Shown: in pieces, positions 13,565 through 27,278 of the stretch
Layout of the letters: the number at the start of each line of letters is the position of its first letter
Position numbering within the stretch: the stretch's first letter is position 1
Assembly (NCBI RefSeq): GCF_000143415.4
Contig: NW_003314270.1
Coordinates: 1,667,048 to 1,731,047, forward strand
DNA length: 64,000 bases
Source: Selaginella moellendorffii
Taxonomy: Eukaryota > Plantae > Lycopodiophyta
Reading direction: 5' to 3'
Made by a program: the position numbers and the translations under genes
The notes under the pieces: model-generated
What the model was told of the DNA's origin: nothing
The model's input: only the letters and a program-made list of their open reading frames with translations
Database searches by the model: none

Positions 13565-16535
13565 ATTTGGGGGAGTCAAGCAAAAAGGGATAAACCCATA
13601 GATAAAAAAGTCAAGTCTACTAGTAGTGTGGGAAACAATATGTGCTTTAATTACGGTGAAATGGGACACTTTTCAAGTGTCCCTACCTGAAGTATACCAG
13701 AGTTAATATGGCCATTAAGTTGGGTGAAACTTAAATTGAGATACATAATCCAGTCCCTAGCTTAAAGATATTCATTACACGAACAACTTTGGTAGAAAGT
13801 CATTTACAACATCTACTAGCCCTTTAAAGGAAGCTCGAAGGTAACCTTATTAAGATCTTTACTGATACGGGTGCTTTGGATAATTTTGTGGTTGTAGACA
13901 TAGTCCGGCAAGCCAAACTAATAGTGTAGCAACTGGGTGAACCAAGAATTATAGAGTTTATTCAAGGTAGCCAAAGCATTGATGAGGTAATTTGACAAGC
14001 AAGAGTCGAAGTACAAACATAGAAAGTAGATATGGATTTTATTGTGTTGGATATGGCAGGATTTAACGTGATCTTTGGGATGGATTGGTTCAATTGGTTT
14101 ATGATAGCTCTGTATGGATAAAGTAGGAACTTTGTGGTACTGACAAATGCTTAAGGAGAATGATCCATGGTGGAGGCCCAGGATTTAAAGGTAGGGCAGA
14201 GTAAGGCCAAAGACTCCTGCTTAAACCTGGAGTTTACGAAAGGACAACTCACTAAAGGAACCAAGGCAGCATTTTTGTGCTTATTCTCAGTGAGGAGTGA
14301 CAAAAAGATGGGAACCGAAGAAATATCTATAGTGATCAAGTGGGTGTTAGACCAATTTCGAGATACCATGCCGAAGGAGTTACTGGTGGGGTTACCTTTC
14401 GCACAACCAATAAAATATAAGATTGAACTAGTCGAGGGTGCTAAGGCAATGATTCATCCCCCTTGCTATAGATCAAGATGTTATCAATGTAGATGACCAC
14501 GAAATGATCTAGATAGAGTACAAAAATGTGGTTCATCAACACCAAGAACGTCATTGGTAGCACAAAGGGCATCACTAAAAACTCAAAGTTTCTATACCTT
14601 ATTTGACAAGTTGTCTTCTGGACATCTTTCTTTGCTATCTAGATATGGTAGTATCATGATTTTAGGTCAATCCTCGAAAAGTATTTTGCCTTTCCCAACC
14701 TATCGAATAGGTCCTCAATCCTTGGTAAAGGGTATTTGTTCTTCTTTATATATTTGTTGAGCAACTAATAGTTTATACACATGCGCATAGAGCCATATTT
14801 CTTTTTCACAAATAACACTGATGCATCATACAATGACTTACTCAACCTAACATACCCTTTTTCCACCAACTCCTTAAATTGGCACTTGAGCTCCTCAAGT
14901 TCTTTTTTGTCGAACACTTGACGAAGATGTTTGAGAAACTAAAAAAACACCATCTGTATGCTAAAGAGAGTAAATGTGACTTTGCTCAACAAAATGTAAC
15001 ATTTCTTGGGCATATGGTGGGCAAAAATAGGCTCAAGGTGGACCCTGAGAAGGTCCAAGCAATCTAGGAATGAGAATGATCATCGAATGTACATGAGTTA
15101 AGGGCATTCTTGGGGCTATGCAACTACTACCGAAAGTTTATCAAACACTAACCGAGAATAGCCTTGCTTTTAATAGACCAAACAGGAAAAGGGAAGATGG
15201 TATAAATAGCAGAATGCGAAGCGACATTTGTTCACCTCAAAGGGAAGTTGAGGAAGGCTCCCATATTGGCATTACCAAACTTTAATAAAGACTTTGAGGT
15301 AAAAATGGATGCTTTAAACTTTGTGCTAAGCGCAAATTTGAAGCAAGACAACCATCCAGTAGCATTTTTCTTGAAGAAGTTGAACAAAGCTTAACGAAAG
15401 TGACCTACCCATGAGAAGGAATTGTTTGCGGTGGTCAAGGCGCTCAAGAAGTGGCAACACTACCTTGGGAGACACTTCATAATTTACACGGATAATGTGG
15501 CAGCAAAACACTTTTTGTCAGCCTATCGTAAGAGGGAAATAGGGTCGATGGGCTAATACTTTAGCCGAGTTTGATTGTGAGATTTTTTATAAACCTGGGA
15601 AGAGCAACATCGTGGCAGATGCTCTAAGTCGAAAGGCAAGCTTGAAGTTAGAAATATCTAATGTGACAACAACCTTTTGGGATGATTTACAAACAGTGTA
15701 TGAGAATGATGTTCTAGCATAAAAACTGTTGCTAAAGAACTAGGAGGCATAGGATGCTGACCAGAGAGGGGAGCTGCCTACGAAAAAGAAGATAGGCTAT
15801 GTGAAATGCAATAGATTCACCTATTATAAATAGACAAGTGTGTATGTTCCACAAAGGGAGTTAAGGAAGGTAACATTAGAAGAGTGTCATAATGGACCTC
15901 TTGTAGAACATGGCAGAATGCTTAAGATATTGGGCTTACTTAAGAGGAAGTATCACTAGCCAAATATAGTTAAGGATGTCCAAGATAATGTAAAGACATA
16001 TTCAACATGTCAGTAGGTCAAAGCCGTGACTAAGGATAGTGGGGGCTTGTTAATAAACCTCCCAATTCCAAATTGTCTATAAAAATTTCTTACAATGGAC
16101 TTTATTATGGGACTCCCCCTAAGTGAGGGGTTTGATGCGATAATCATGGTGGTGGATTGATTTTCGAAGACGGCATCTTTCATACCCACCACAATGGAAG
16201 TGGATGCAAAAGGTGTGGTGAAGATATTTTTTGAACAAGTGGTTCAAGTTCGGGGAAGGCCAAAAGAGATTATCTCATATCGAGATAAGATCTTCACTAG
16301 TAAGTTCTAGAGAACTCTCCTAGAATAATATCGCACCAAGTTAAAATTTAGTATAGCCTATCACCCACAAACAGGTATTGGGTATTAAGTCAAGTTGGAT
16401 GGTGTATATTATATGTTCTTGGCTGCTTGTAATGATTTACCCAATCAGTTTGGTCTCTGAAGATATAGCATTATAAATAATCCTTTAGTTGCCTATTCAC
16501 CCTTTTTGTTTGTCCATCTATCAAGAAGTGTATAT
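13565..16535 (+). mobile_element. Decayed copy of the same chromovirus family (gag end-PR-RT-RH-INT) with internal inversions
   Basis: Colinear with the reverse complement of 58260-56310 and 29467-28520 (e.g. [44 protein letters not shown]), with many stops and AT-shifted. Segments ~14467-14908 and ~16410-16535 are in the opposite orientation. Confidence 0.85.
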
Positions 16536-16899
16536 GTGGGGAGTGTAGCTAAACTTTAGGTCCAATATAACCCAAGGAATGGGATTGGGAAAGAGTTTGG
16601 AAATTTGTGGATGGATGAGTAACATTTTGTTACTTGTCCAATGAGTTGTTGAATCCAAGTAAGACCAAATAAGAGCTAGTATAATAAGTGAGAACTTTAG
16701 CAAGGGAACTAATTGAGGCCAAATTAAAAGTGATTGGATAGATAAAGTAATTTAGCAAATTGGAAAAGGAAAATCTATAGCTTACAAAAGTCTATTATAA
16801 AATATTTCCATGGACAATTGGGGAATAGAATGCTTTACAATAAGCCTTTACTTCATGGCCTTATATGTTGAATATATCTTTATATAGTTTTGCACGACC

Positions 16900-19800
16900 T
16901 TAACCATATTGTGGAGCCTACTTGTCTTTGTCACAGGTTGTGGTAGCAGCGACTGTAGGAGTCTGGAATATAAACATATATATGAATGTTTCTTCTAGAT
17001 CACAAAAACCTTCAGCCTTTCAAAGTGGGATCTTCCAATTGCCCTCCAATCTTTCTTGGGTCCCACCGGAGGTTCTTACTTAGATTGTTAGCATTCCAGT
17101 CTCAATCACACTTGGTGAGCTTTTGCAATGCATACTTGGTTTTACTTCTCAGTTAGAGGTTTTTGCCAAGTCCACAGGCATCCCTGTGGAACCTCAACAT
17201 GTTGTGCATATCATCAAAACTTAGACCACTCATAATCCCGAAGCATTCTTTATGGAGGTCCAAGTTGGCAATAAATCCTCAAAGACACAAGCATTACTTC
17301 ATTTAGGCTCCCATAGTAACATCATCTCCCTTGACTTGGCACTCTCTAGTGGCTTGGAAGTGGTGAGTAGCACATCCATCATCCTCAAAACGTTTGCTAA
17401 TCACTCAATGATTCTTGTGGACATCTGCTGAAATATCAAGATCTCGGCGCAAGGAGTGGTTACCATACTAGAGTTTCTTGTTGTGGACTACCAGCAGCTC
17501 GGATCTAGGAAGCTGAAGAACTCTATCATCCTAGGATGTCTATGGCACCTTGTTGCTACTTGCACGACAATTTGGGCCAAGGGAAAATCAATAATCACCA
17601 ATAATGTCCATATAGTGAATCTTCTCAATGCCTATGGCAATTGTTTACTTCCATCTAATTTGTCTCAAGTGAATGCTTTTTCCACCACTGAATTTGACCA
17701 GGCTCTCAAGGTTCTTTTCCCAAAACTCATTAAGGATGACATGTTGTTGGAGATTCAAGTTGTTCAGTGCAATATGATCAACTTCTTTAACATGGACTGG
17801 ACTACATCCACACTTGACTTCTCTACCATAACAGCATAAATCTAGAGATCCCTCAGCTTCAAAAACTCTAGGAATTTCACATCGATTTCTTCACTACTAT
17901 ACAGTGAGGGATCCATCAAAGTGGGTTTCTCCAACCACTTTTCCAACTCTAGCACCACTTGAGGAGTCACATGGGACCCGTACCAAAGATCTCTTAGCAT
18001 TGACATAGAGTTTGGATGCATTGCATGTGAGCTTGGACATCAACAATCACGAGACAAGGGTTTGTGACACACTTGTTGCTGTGGGGGATCCAGAAGCAAC
18101 TCTAAGGATGAAGTTGATGAGTTTGTGGCTACTGGGATTGAAAAGCCACTATTTGACCACTTTCTTCTAGGCAAGGGACCACTCTCTTCTAAGCAAGTAG
18201 CCACATGCAGTTGCCTCCAGCAAATGCTTGGGAGTGTTATTTGCCACAGCCATGGAGTTTCTTACTTGTTCCCATATTGTGGAGCTTACATTTGGAGCAT
18301 ATATCCACCTCATATCTCTTGTTGTATACTAACTCTAGCTTTATAGGGAATTCCCCAAGATGCATGTACTTTACTATGCAATCTTGGGAGCTTGATGGGC
18401 AAACATGCTCACAACTTCTTAGAATGTGACTTTCAATCTTGGATGTCTTCACAACCTTCCTCAGATTTCTCTATATAATTTCAGCACTATGATAGAGCAT
18501 TTTCACATGGTATATGGTGGCATTGGAGTTATCAATGAAGTAGGGTCATAAGACATCAATAACACTTTGGAGAGCACAACTTCTTCACTCTTGTTGAGTA
18601 CACCTTTGACTCTCCATCTTAGTGACTACTCTCATGGTGGCACTTCTAACCCCGGAGCTGCAATCCAGCCCTGCTACTCACTTGGGATACGACCATGACA
18701 TAAAGATGGCAAGTATTTTCCAGCAGCATCTCGACTTTTCCTTAGGTTTTCTCCCAACTTGGCACCTTGTCTCAGCTCTTCCCAGACTCAAGTTCATGGC
18801 TGGGTCGTGACTTCATCTTGCTACAACACTTAAGGCACTTTTAGAAGCTATCAACACGTCACTTGGCCACCAGATCTTTATTAGCAACACATGATGGTAT
18901 CCTTAGCTCTTTGGAGACACTTTATACCATTTGAGGAGGCTCCCATCCTTGCAGGTAGTGCCAACATCCTAGATTCTCTTACAGTGACATTGTTCGCCAC
19001 TTGAGACATTCTTGATGTGATCTAGCACTTGAGGGTGGCTTGGCTAGTTTTAGTGGCATTCCAAGCCTTCTACAGGATGCCTTGCATCCTCTTGGAGTTT
19101 TCTATCATCATCACTCATCATAGAAGTTGTTTACATTACTTTTTCTTTCACTAGTGAGATTTTTCCATCTTCACTCATTTTTCTACTTTCTTCTCTCTTT
19201 CTTGCTTTTCTTTCTGATCTCACTCTTCTTCTATTTCTCTTCAGGTCAAGGAATCATGTGGAGCAAGTTCCTTTCCATGGTGAATATGCTCTGGCTGCAT
19301 TATTGATTGTATGAAGACTCTTCGACTCGTGTTGGCTTGTGCTCTAATTCTTTGGTTCCTTTCTTTATGTTAGTTCCATCCTCACATTCTCATCACCACT
19401 CTATATCATCCATGCTCTAAAATTTGCTTCCACACACTCACACCACTGTTGCCCAACACTCACTACACATACCCAATCATCTCTCACATTTTTCACAATT
19501 CATCATCCATTTATACTAGAAATTTGGGGACAACACTTCATCATAGAGGCTTTTCAAGACAAGAAACAATAGAAATCAAGACATTCTTATGAACAATATG
19601 TGAGATATTTAAGGGACTAATCACATGTTGCAACTTTCTTCTCTTTAGAGCTGATTTCTTCTTCCACCAAGAGATCTTGACTATAGCAGACATCCAGGAG
19701 CTTTTAGAGGTGTGGACAACAGAGCCAACACCCTTTTCTTCCAGCTCAAATCACAAATGAAGCATCATTACATCAGATTAGAGCCACCCTTAGACACATG

Positions 19801-22600
19801 CACTCAAATAATCCATCCACCAAGATCCTCTCTCATCACTCTCTTCCATTATAATTCATTCTACATTGCACAATTACCACCACTAGGCAATATATTCTCT
19901 ATGCTTTCTTTTCCATTCTCGGCCAAAGTTTTTAGCACAAACCATATGAGCTTGACATTGCATTAGTATATCCACTTTCTAGAGTGTGGGAGCCAGGTTT
20001 GAGCTTGTTTCTATTTGGTTTTCTTATTTTTTTCTCCTCATTTTTCCTCTTTTCTTACTTCCTTGAGTCTTTAGTTTAATTACATAGTTTCCCATTGGAT
20101 TTTCCTTATATCTTTGAACTTCAAACTCTTATCCTATCTTCTACTTTTATCTCCATTCTTTTTTACTTCTACTTTCAGCTTTTCTTCTTTTGTTTTCCTT
20201 GCCATCTCTCGTTGTTCAGCAATTACTTTCTTTGAACACTACATTACAGCATATGGGAGCATCTGGCCATGGGTTCTTGTGTGCCGGAGTCTTACGCATC
20301 CCACCAATGGTCACCTATTGCAATACGAGCTCATCACCACCTTCTCTTAACATCATGCCTTCATTCTGGCTTGAGAGAGCACAATAAATATTTTATCTCC
20401 TTAGAATATTTCCTTATATATAAGTGATGAGAGGCTAGAATATAGAGTTCCACCCCATTTTCTCTTGCACTTGAGTTTGGAGTTGTGAGTTTGCAAGCAT
20501 GTGTGTAAGGTATGGATCCATGGTTGGGGTTGAGAGATGCCCCAACAGTCTAGAAAGGAGAGAACTTTGAAGTTGGTATAAACTCCTTGAGTAAAACAAG
20601 ATCACTATCATTGAATGGTTCAATTGACCACTAGTGATCGATGACCAACTTGATCTTCTACTTGCCTCTAAGGAGATGTTTTGCCATGGCTCTTTGTTGT
20701 TCTTCCAAGGCGAGAACCTCTATATCACATGCATGAAGCTTGTCCTCGTTGTTAAGTTGCATCTCTACTACATATTAAAATGAAAGTGAAAGTGATGGCA
20801 TCTAGATCTCCATCGGAAGCATGGCCTTTGTCCTATAGACAAGAGAGAATGGAGTTGCAAAGATGGATGTCTTGAAGGACATATAAAAGGCCTACAGTGC
20901 TATAATCAAGTGCTTGTGCCAATGCCTCAGTTAATTCTTCATAAGCTTTGAGATGATGGTTTTCAATGTTGCTAGCTTTACCTGACTATTGCACTTAGGA
21001 TAGTAACTACTACTCTTCACATGCCACAATGATATATCACTATCCTTTGGAGCTCAGTGGACTGATTGAGCTGACAAATCAAGTCCCCATTAGAAAAAGG
21101 GACAAGAAGTGACGGCCTGGAAAGGAAGGTATAGAATATAGCTCCAGGGATTGAACCACTAGCACTACTCACACACCTTTGTGTACTCTATGCTATCTTG
21201 GTGAATTTGAGGCCAAAAGTAGCTATGGCGCAAAAGGAGCTGCATTATGGCCTATCATAAGAAATACCCTTCACAAGAATTGAAAGCACAATGTAACTCA
21301 AGGATCTCATGTTCACCCATATACCACAACAAGACCTCTTGTGATGTCCTCCTGTAAAGATGGCTATCCAGAAGGCAAAATCCCTATGCTTGAATCTCCA
21401 ATGCCTTTTGTTGAGTTGATAAGGAACTCATCTAAATCCAAGTACACTACAATGTTCTGAAAGGCTGTTGGGACCACAAAGGAGGTAGCCTCAACAACTA
21501 GGAAGTCACTTAGTTCCATCATGCACTTCCGTGTGGTGTGAAAAGTTGGTTGGAACTCTTGGATGGTTATAATCCAAAATAAAGTACAAGGACGGTGAAC
21601 CAGTTGCTATAAAGAAAAGTAAACATGTTAAAGCAGACATGAAAATGGATATAGGCTCCAACAAGAAAGTGACAAAATCTCTCTAAGATGTAAACAATAG
21701 CCACTACTTCTTTTTCTACATCCACGTACTTCTTCTTAATCTCCTTGAATGAATGCAAGGCATAATATGTTGCATGTGGTGGCTTGCCAAGCTTTGAATA
21801 TTGGTAGAGGCATACTCCAAAAGCCTCTACTCTCGTGATGTAAATCTCGAAAGGAAGTTTTCACTCTTGTGGTTGGAGAACAAAGTCCATATGTAGTGAC
21901 TATTTCAGCAAGTCAAAGGCTTGTTGTTAGCTCTCCCCATTCAAATAAAATGTTGTGTTGTAGAAGAGGTATCAAAGGCCATGAACATGCAACATAGTTG
22001 TGGAGGAAACGGTGAAAGAAACCCATTTGTCCAAGAAAGCCATAAAACTACTTCAAGTTGGTTGGCAGGGGCTGATCCAAAGCCTTATGAGCCTTGGCTT
22101 TCTGGGGTTTGATCCCATGTTGTGAGACATCAAAGCCTAGCAAATGGCATTCAATCACCCCAATCTTAAACTTTCATGGGTTTAAAGAAAACGTCTATTG
22201 TCGATAGCAAGTGAAAACCTACTCCAAGTGCAAAAGGTGGCCATTGAAAGAGTTAGAGGCCATGCATAAATCATCCATGTACACCCAAAAAACTTCTTAA
22301 AGTGCTGAAAAGTAACTTTAGCATTGCATAAGCCAAATAGTAGGATGTTGAAAGCAAAGACACCCCAAGGTGTTCAAAATGCCATAAGATCTCAATGATT
22401 AGGATGGATAAAGATCTAGTTATACCTTGAAAAACGATCCATAAAAGAGTAGTAATAATGTCTAGCCATCTCATCTATAATCACATTCATAAATAGTGTA
22501 GATGAGTTTGTTTCTTTTTGCTAGGTGTCTATTTAGATATCACCCTTTATCTTCAATAAATGGCATGAAAGAAATACACCTAGAGTCATCAGCTATAACT
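16900..22600. mobile_element. Highly degraded LTR-retrotransposon remnants (protease-like ~17230-17480 on +; RT/RNase H-like ~21550-22450 on -)
   Basis: Fragments such as EKEVVAIVYILERFCHFLVG (RNase H-like, ORF 21567-21758) and LLGFDVSQHGIKP (RT-like, - strand ~22105-22145). No intact ORF; boundaries approximate. Confidence 0.5.
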
Positions 22601-22644
22601 ATTTCTATAAGAAGATGCTATCTCCTCAAACACCATACTTCTTT

Positions 22645-23150
22645 AAAACTAAGAGTTGTAGCTCTTTTGAGAACTTTGCTCTCTTGACACTCTACCCCTT
22701 AGGTTGAGTTTAACAAGAGTAAATTAAACTTGCTAAATGTCAATCTTAACATATGGTATGATTCCCTTAACAACTAACAAATTCAAATTCAAGATCTAAT
22801 ACCAAATGTAAACTCATGAATTTAAACTTTTCAGGAGGTCACCTAACCTAGTGCTATTTAAACCCAAAAATGCTTAACCCTAATTATCTTAAGACACTTA
22901 ATTGATTAGAAAAGGGGGTGCACTCTTGTTCATGAGCTTTTTCCCTCTATATTTGAACCCTTATGAATTATCTTTCAGGTTGTTCTTATTAGTTACTTAA
23001 AAAGGGCCCATAAATAAGAGTGCACCCCATTTTCAAATTAGTTAAGGATTTTGAGATAATTGGGGTTAATCGTTCTTGGGTTTGAGTAGTACTAAATTAA
23101 AAAAAATCCCAAAAAATCCAAATTTAAGAGCTTGTATTTAGTATCAAAAG
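22645..23150. mobile_element. Degenerate Cassandra-like TRIM fragments: internal region + LTR, followed by an inverted partial LTR
   Basis: 22645-22999 aligns by eye to 62804-62967 plus 62567-62762 (including the 5S-like 'caggaggtcacctaacctagtgctatt'). 23000-23150 is a reverse-complement partial LTR followed by a PBS remnant. Confidence 0.7.
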
Positions 23151-23519
23151 AGTTAAGCATCCAAATACCGCTATCGACAAATTAGTTTTTGGGGCAGAAA
23201 GCACTATCAAAATAGGCTGTAACTATAGGAATGTCCTCATCCTCAAATAAAGAGGTTAGAGACACCATATTTGGCAAGCTTATCTCTGGCATATCAAGCA
23301 AAAATACTACTATTAAATTCAAGGCCTTATCCCTTACTCTCTCATCTTCTAATGCTTTGAGTGCTCAATCTCCAATGCTAGGATTAAAACCAAGTATTTT
23401 GCTAGTGAAGGAAGATCCTCCACTAAAGTTGAGTCCAAGTCTGAAGCCAAACCTTCAATGCAATAAATTGGGATCTATATTGGGAGCTCCACTATGGAAA
23501 ATGCTGAATTTGAATAATT

Positions 23520-25416
23520 ATTATAGTGCACCTGAATTCGGAGCCGAACTCCAAGCCTGTTGCGCTACGAAATGAGGATCTGGTATAATCCCACGAGCAC
23601 CAACTTCTTGTATGCAGCACCAGCTCCCAGTATCTAACACTTACATGCAAAATGGTGTAAGTGACTAATTTTTCCATTCTACTTTAGTCACTTAACCACA
23701 CCTCCGACCACTTGGAGGAGTCTCATTCACAACCTCCATAAGTCCAACTCAGGACTTGGGGCTTGCTAGCCCCGAGAATGGCATCCATGCCACTCAACCT
23801 TAGCACTTGGTCCAAGTGCTCCACGTGTCCGATCCCATGATCGACACCCCAAGGTACCACCGACGTATCGGCCCGTTACGCTAAGGCCATGCCCAATTAC
23901 CTTGGTCACACTGGTGGACTAACACCACCTGCATCACAGTCCCATCTCTCAAGGACTGGGCCATCCATCCGTGAGTGATCATTCCAGATCCACTCCTTAG
24001 CATCCTTAGGATGCCCACAGACATGGGGAATAGCCTTCCCCAATATCCCTTTTTCGGTCTTCACCAAGTCCCTTTCTGCCCATGGCCGTGTTCGCCAACA
24101 CTGCCACTGGATTGAGGCCCAGAGGCCCGACCACTAAGTCCCAGGGTCCTCTGGGACTTCCTCACCACTCGACTGTATCCTTGGTCACTACACCAGAGGA
24201 CTACTCCTCCCCCTTTCCACAGTCTGGGCCTTTGGGACAACATTTCGGAACACCGTGGCCCTACGCGGGCCTCATGGGTACTCTCCCCGCCTTTCGCCTT
24301 TGGGTGCTCTAGCCATGGGCTTAGAGCGAGGTTCCGTTGAGCCACGCCTGGTATCCAAGTAGGTAGTGCCACCCACACTTGGACTGGGAGCATCGGCCAG
24401 TCGATCTCTCGGGGGAACTAGAGCCGGCTCTTGAACACTTCACCAAGCTACCCCGCTTGTCGGTCCGTGTTCACTCTAGTCTTGGACTTCCCAGTGGTCA
24501 GCTCATCACCCAACACTGGGTCTGGCCTCCCTGGGCCAAACTGGCCTTTCCTGGCCAAACTGGCTCCACTGGGCTCCAACCCCCACACTCTCCCTACTAT
24601 ACTTTTGGAACCCCCCGTAGCCCCCCCCCCCTGGGGGACGATTGCTTTTGGCTTTCACCCAACTGCCTGTATTAGTATTCGGACTCGGACTCGGTCTCGG
24701 TCCTGGTTTCGGATTCGGACTCGGTCTTGGTCTCGGCTTCGGCCTCGGTCTCGGTCTCGGTCTCGGGTCCATCTCGGACTCCATCTCGGACTCCATCTCG
24801 GATCCATCTCGGACTCCATCTCGGGTCCATCTCGGGTCCATCTCGGACTCCATCTCGGACTCCATCTCGGGTCCATCTCGGGTCCATCTCGGACTCCACC
24901 TCGGACTCCACCACGGACTCCATCTCGGGTCCATCTCGGACTCCATCTCGGACTCCATCTCGGGTCCATCTCGGACTCCATCTCGGGTCCATCTCGGACT
25001 CCATCTCGGACTCCATCTCGGGTCCATCTCGGACTCCATCTTGGGTCCATCTCGGACTCTATCTCGGACTCCATCTCAGACTCCATCTCAGGTCCATCTC
25101 GGACTCCATCTCGAACTCCATCTCGGGTCCTTCTTGGACTCCAGTTCGGACTCCAACTCAGGTCCATCTCGAGTCCATCTTGGACACTTCCACGTGTCAT
25201 GTGTTGGTCCTTTTGGGTCCCTTTTTGGAGCCTCGCTTATTGCTCGCTTCGTGCTCATTCCTCGAGCCCTTCGTTAGGAGTTCCACTCCCACTCTCGACC
25301 TTTCAAGTCGGAGCTTTTGGCCCAAATGTGTTACACTCGTTTGGCTTTCGCTTCGGCCACTACCACGTGGCACCCTTCCGGCTCCACTTTGGGGCCTAGG
25401 GATTTTGTGTCTCACA
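23520..25416 (-). mobile_element. LTR of an older, related gypsy element (left boundary uncertain)
   Basis: Shares blocks with the 26117-27263 LTR (aacaccgtggccta..atgggtac; ccctactatacttttggaacccc..C-run..ctggggg; tattagtatt.ggact). Ends ...TCACA, followed by the same PPT-adjacent sequence (actccaccacccata..gaagttcgatg) found at 27264. Confidence 0.65.
24680..25185. repeat. Tandem minisatellite of 11-12-bp units CCATCTCGG(ACT/GT) inside the LTR
   Basis: Dozens of ccatctcggact / ccatctcgggt units, preceded by ctcggt hexamers. Confidence 0.9.
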
Positions 25417-26116
25417 ACTCCACCACCCATAGACGAAGTTCGATGTCCTCATCAAACGGTAAACCATTTTGTAAAGTAACACCCACATGTGTTACCATTT
25501 CTATCCTTGGCACTCAGCCAATATTTGTCTATGGCTTGACATTGAAGGCTCACCATGCCTTTTCCATATTCGTCAATGGTTTGACATTGAAGGCTCACCA
25601 TGCCTTTTGCATATTCCTCAATGGTTTGACACCAAGGCTCACCATGCCTTGCCTATCCTCTAAGGAGGGTAGTCTCTCCAACTTAGATACTGATTGGACC
25701 ACATGTAGTGGTTCTCTCCTTTTATTGGTTTAGTTCTTGCTAAACCTTTTAGAGACCCTTCTCTAAGTCAATCCCACTACTCCTTCTCGAGTAGTCTCAA
25801 TTTCCATCTATTGAACGTTTGCACCTTGGAACTTTTACTCTTTGACTTCTGGAAGTCAATGTCCTAGGTGTCTCCAACACCTTGCATTGCACATATTGTG
25901 CAACTCCACTTCCCCATCCTAGGAAGTTCCTTACTTGAGAGCACTATCATCCTCTCTTCTATTTCGTGCCACCTTGGGCACTAAGTTCCATTTATCATAC
26001 TTTGTGCTAGGGCTGCCCATGGCCCTATCATTTGGCTACCTTACCACTCCCTCCCTTGGAGCTTCCACTTTCGCCAAATCAGAGCAATTTGGAATCCATC
26101 CTTGGAAACACACTTC

Positions 26117-27263
26117 TGTAAGCCACAAATTTTTCTTTTCCAATTTGCCAGCTTACCTCGTCTATCCGTCCAACACTGCCTTGGCTTTTGCTAAGTTCCC
26201 TCGCCAAGGTTCTCGCCTATGGTACCAGCTCCTACTTGGTTTCAGCTACTCACTGCATGAGCAACGGAGTGTTAGCCATCCTTCCACGGATTCCCAAATC
26301 ACTCCCAATCCCCCTCCCCGGGTTAGACTGGACTAAGGTTCGGCTACACTCCCCGCAAGCACAAGCAGCCAAGCACACCAAGCTTCCAGGTTCCTAACAT
26401 CCCTTGGTACCACAAGACTTGATCATGGGACCCTCTAAATCCCAAGTCTTGAGTGCAACACTTGCTTCGGGACGTCGGGGCGAAACACCGTGGCCTAGCG
26501 GCCCGGTATGGGTACCTCTCACCCCCCACTTCCATCCCGAAGGAAGGCCCAAGCCCCTAGGAAGGGCGAGGACCAATGAGCCGCATGGTACTCAAGTGGG
26601 GCACCACTCCACATGAGCCGGGAGCACCGCAATCGGTTTCCCTTTCGGGAGTGGGAGCTGCTCTTGAGCACTTCCTTGGATGGCCCCTCCGGCACCAGCC
26701 AAGTCCATGCTCACTCCCACCCAAGGCCCCTCGGTCCCAGTCTCAACCTCAAGTCGGTTTGGAAGCCCAACTGGAGAGTCCCTTCAAAACTGGTTCCTGG
26801 ACCTCACTATCCCTACTATACTTTTGGAACCCCCTGCAGCCCCCCCCCCCTGGGGGACGCACGCTTTGGGTTTTCACCCCTTGACCCGTATTAGTATTTG
26901 GACTTAGTCTCTGGCTCGATCTCGGATCCGATTTCGGATCCGACTTCGGATTCGGTCTCGGACTCGATCGCGGACTCGATCTCGGACCCGATCTCGGGCC
27001 CGACCTCGGACTCGATTTCGGACTCGGTCTTGGACCCGATTTCGGATCTCGGACTCTGTCTCGAACTCGGTCTCGAACTCGGACTTGAACTCGGTCCCCG
27101 AGTCGGTCTCGGACTCGATTCCGGACACTATCTCGAACTCGGTCCTAGAGTCGGTCTTGGACTCGATCTTTGACTTGGTCCCATCCGATGAACTCTTTGT
27201 CATTTTGGTCATGCTTTCGGGGTTCCTTTAGCCTACGACACCTCGGCGAGTTGGTTCCTTACA
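26117..27263 (-). repeat. 3' LTR of the chromovirus
   Basis: TGTAAG...CTTACA; near-identical to 59344-60490 (about 17 substitutions by manual count). Confidence 0.97.
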
Positions 27264-27278
27264 ACTCCACCACCCATA
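27264..27278 (-). other. Polypurine tract
   Basis: Minus-strand TATGGGTGGTGGAGT abutting the 3' LTR. Confidence 0.7.

Noticed and set aside
22121-22129. TGTGAGACA as the possible left end of the older LTR (complement of its TGTCTCACA end)
   Set aside because: It lies within an RT-like remnant and is separated from the LTR-like sequence by Cassandra fragments; likely coincidence.
24431-25479. Long overlapping ORFs (322, 250 and 211 aa) and a CRISPR-like appearance
   Set aside because: Artefacts of a stop-free 11-12-bp minisatellite. There are no unique spacers and the context is a eukaryotic LTR.
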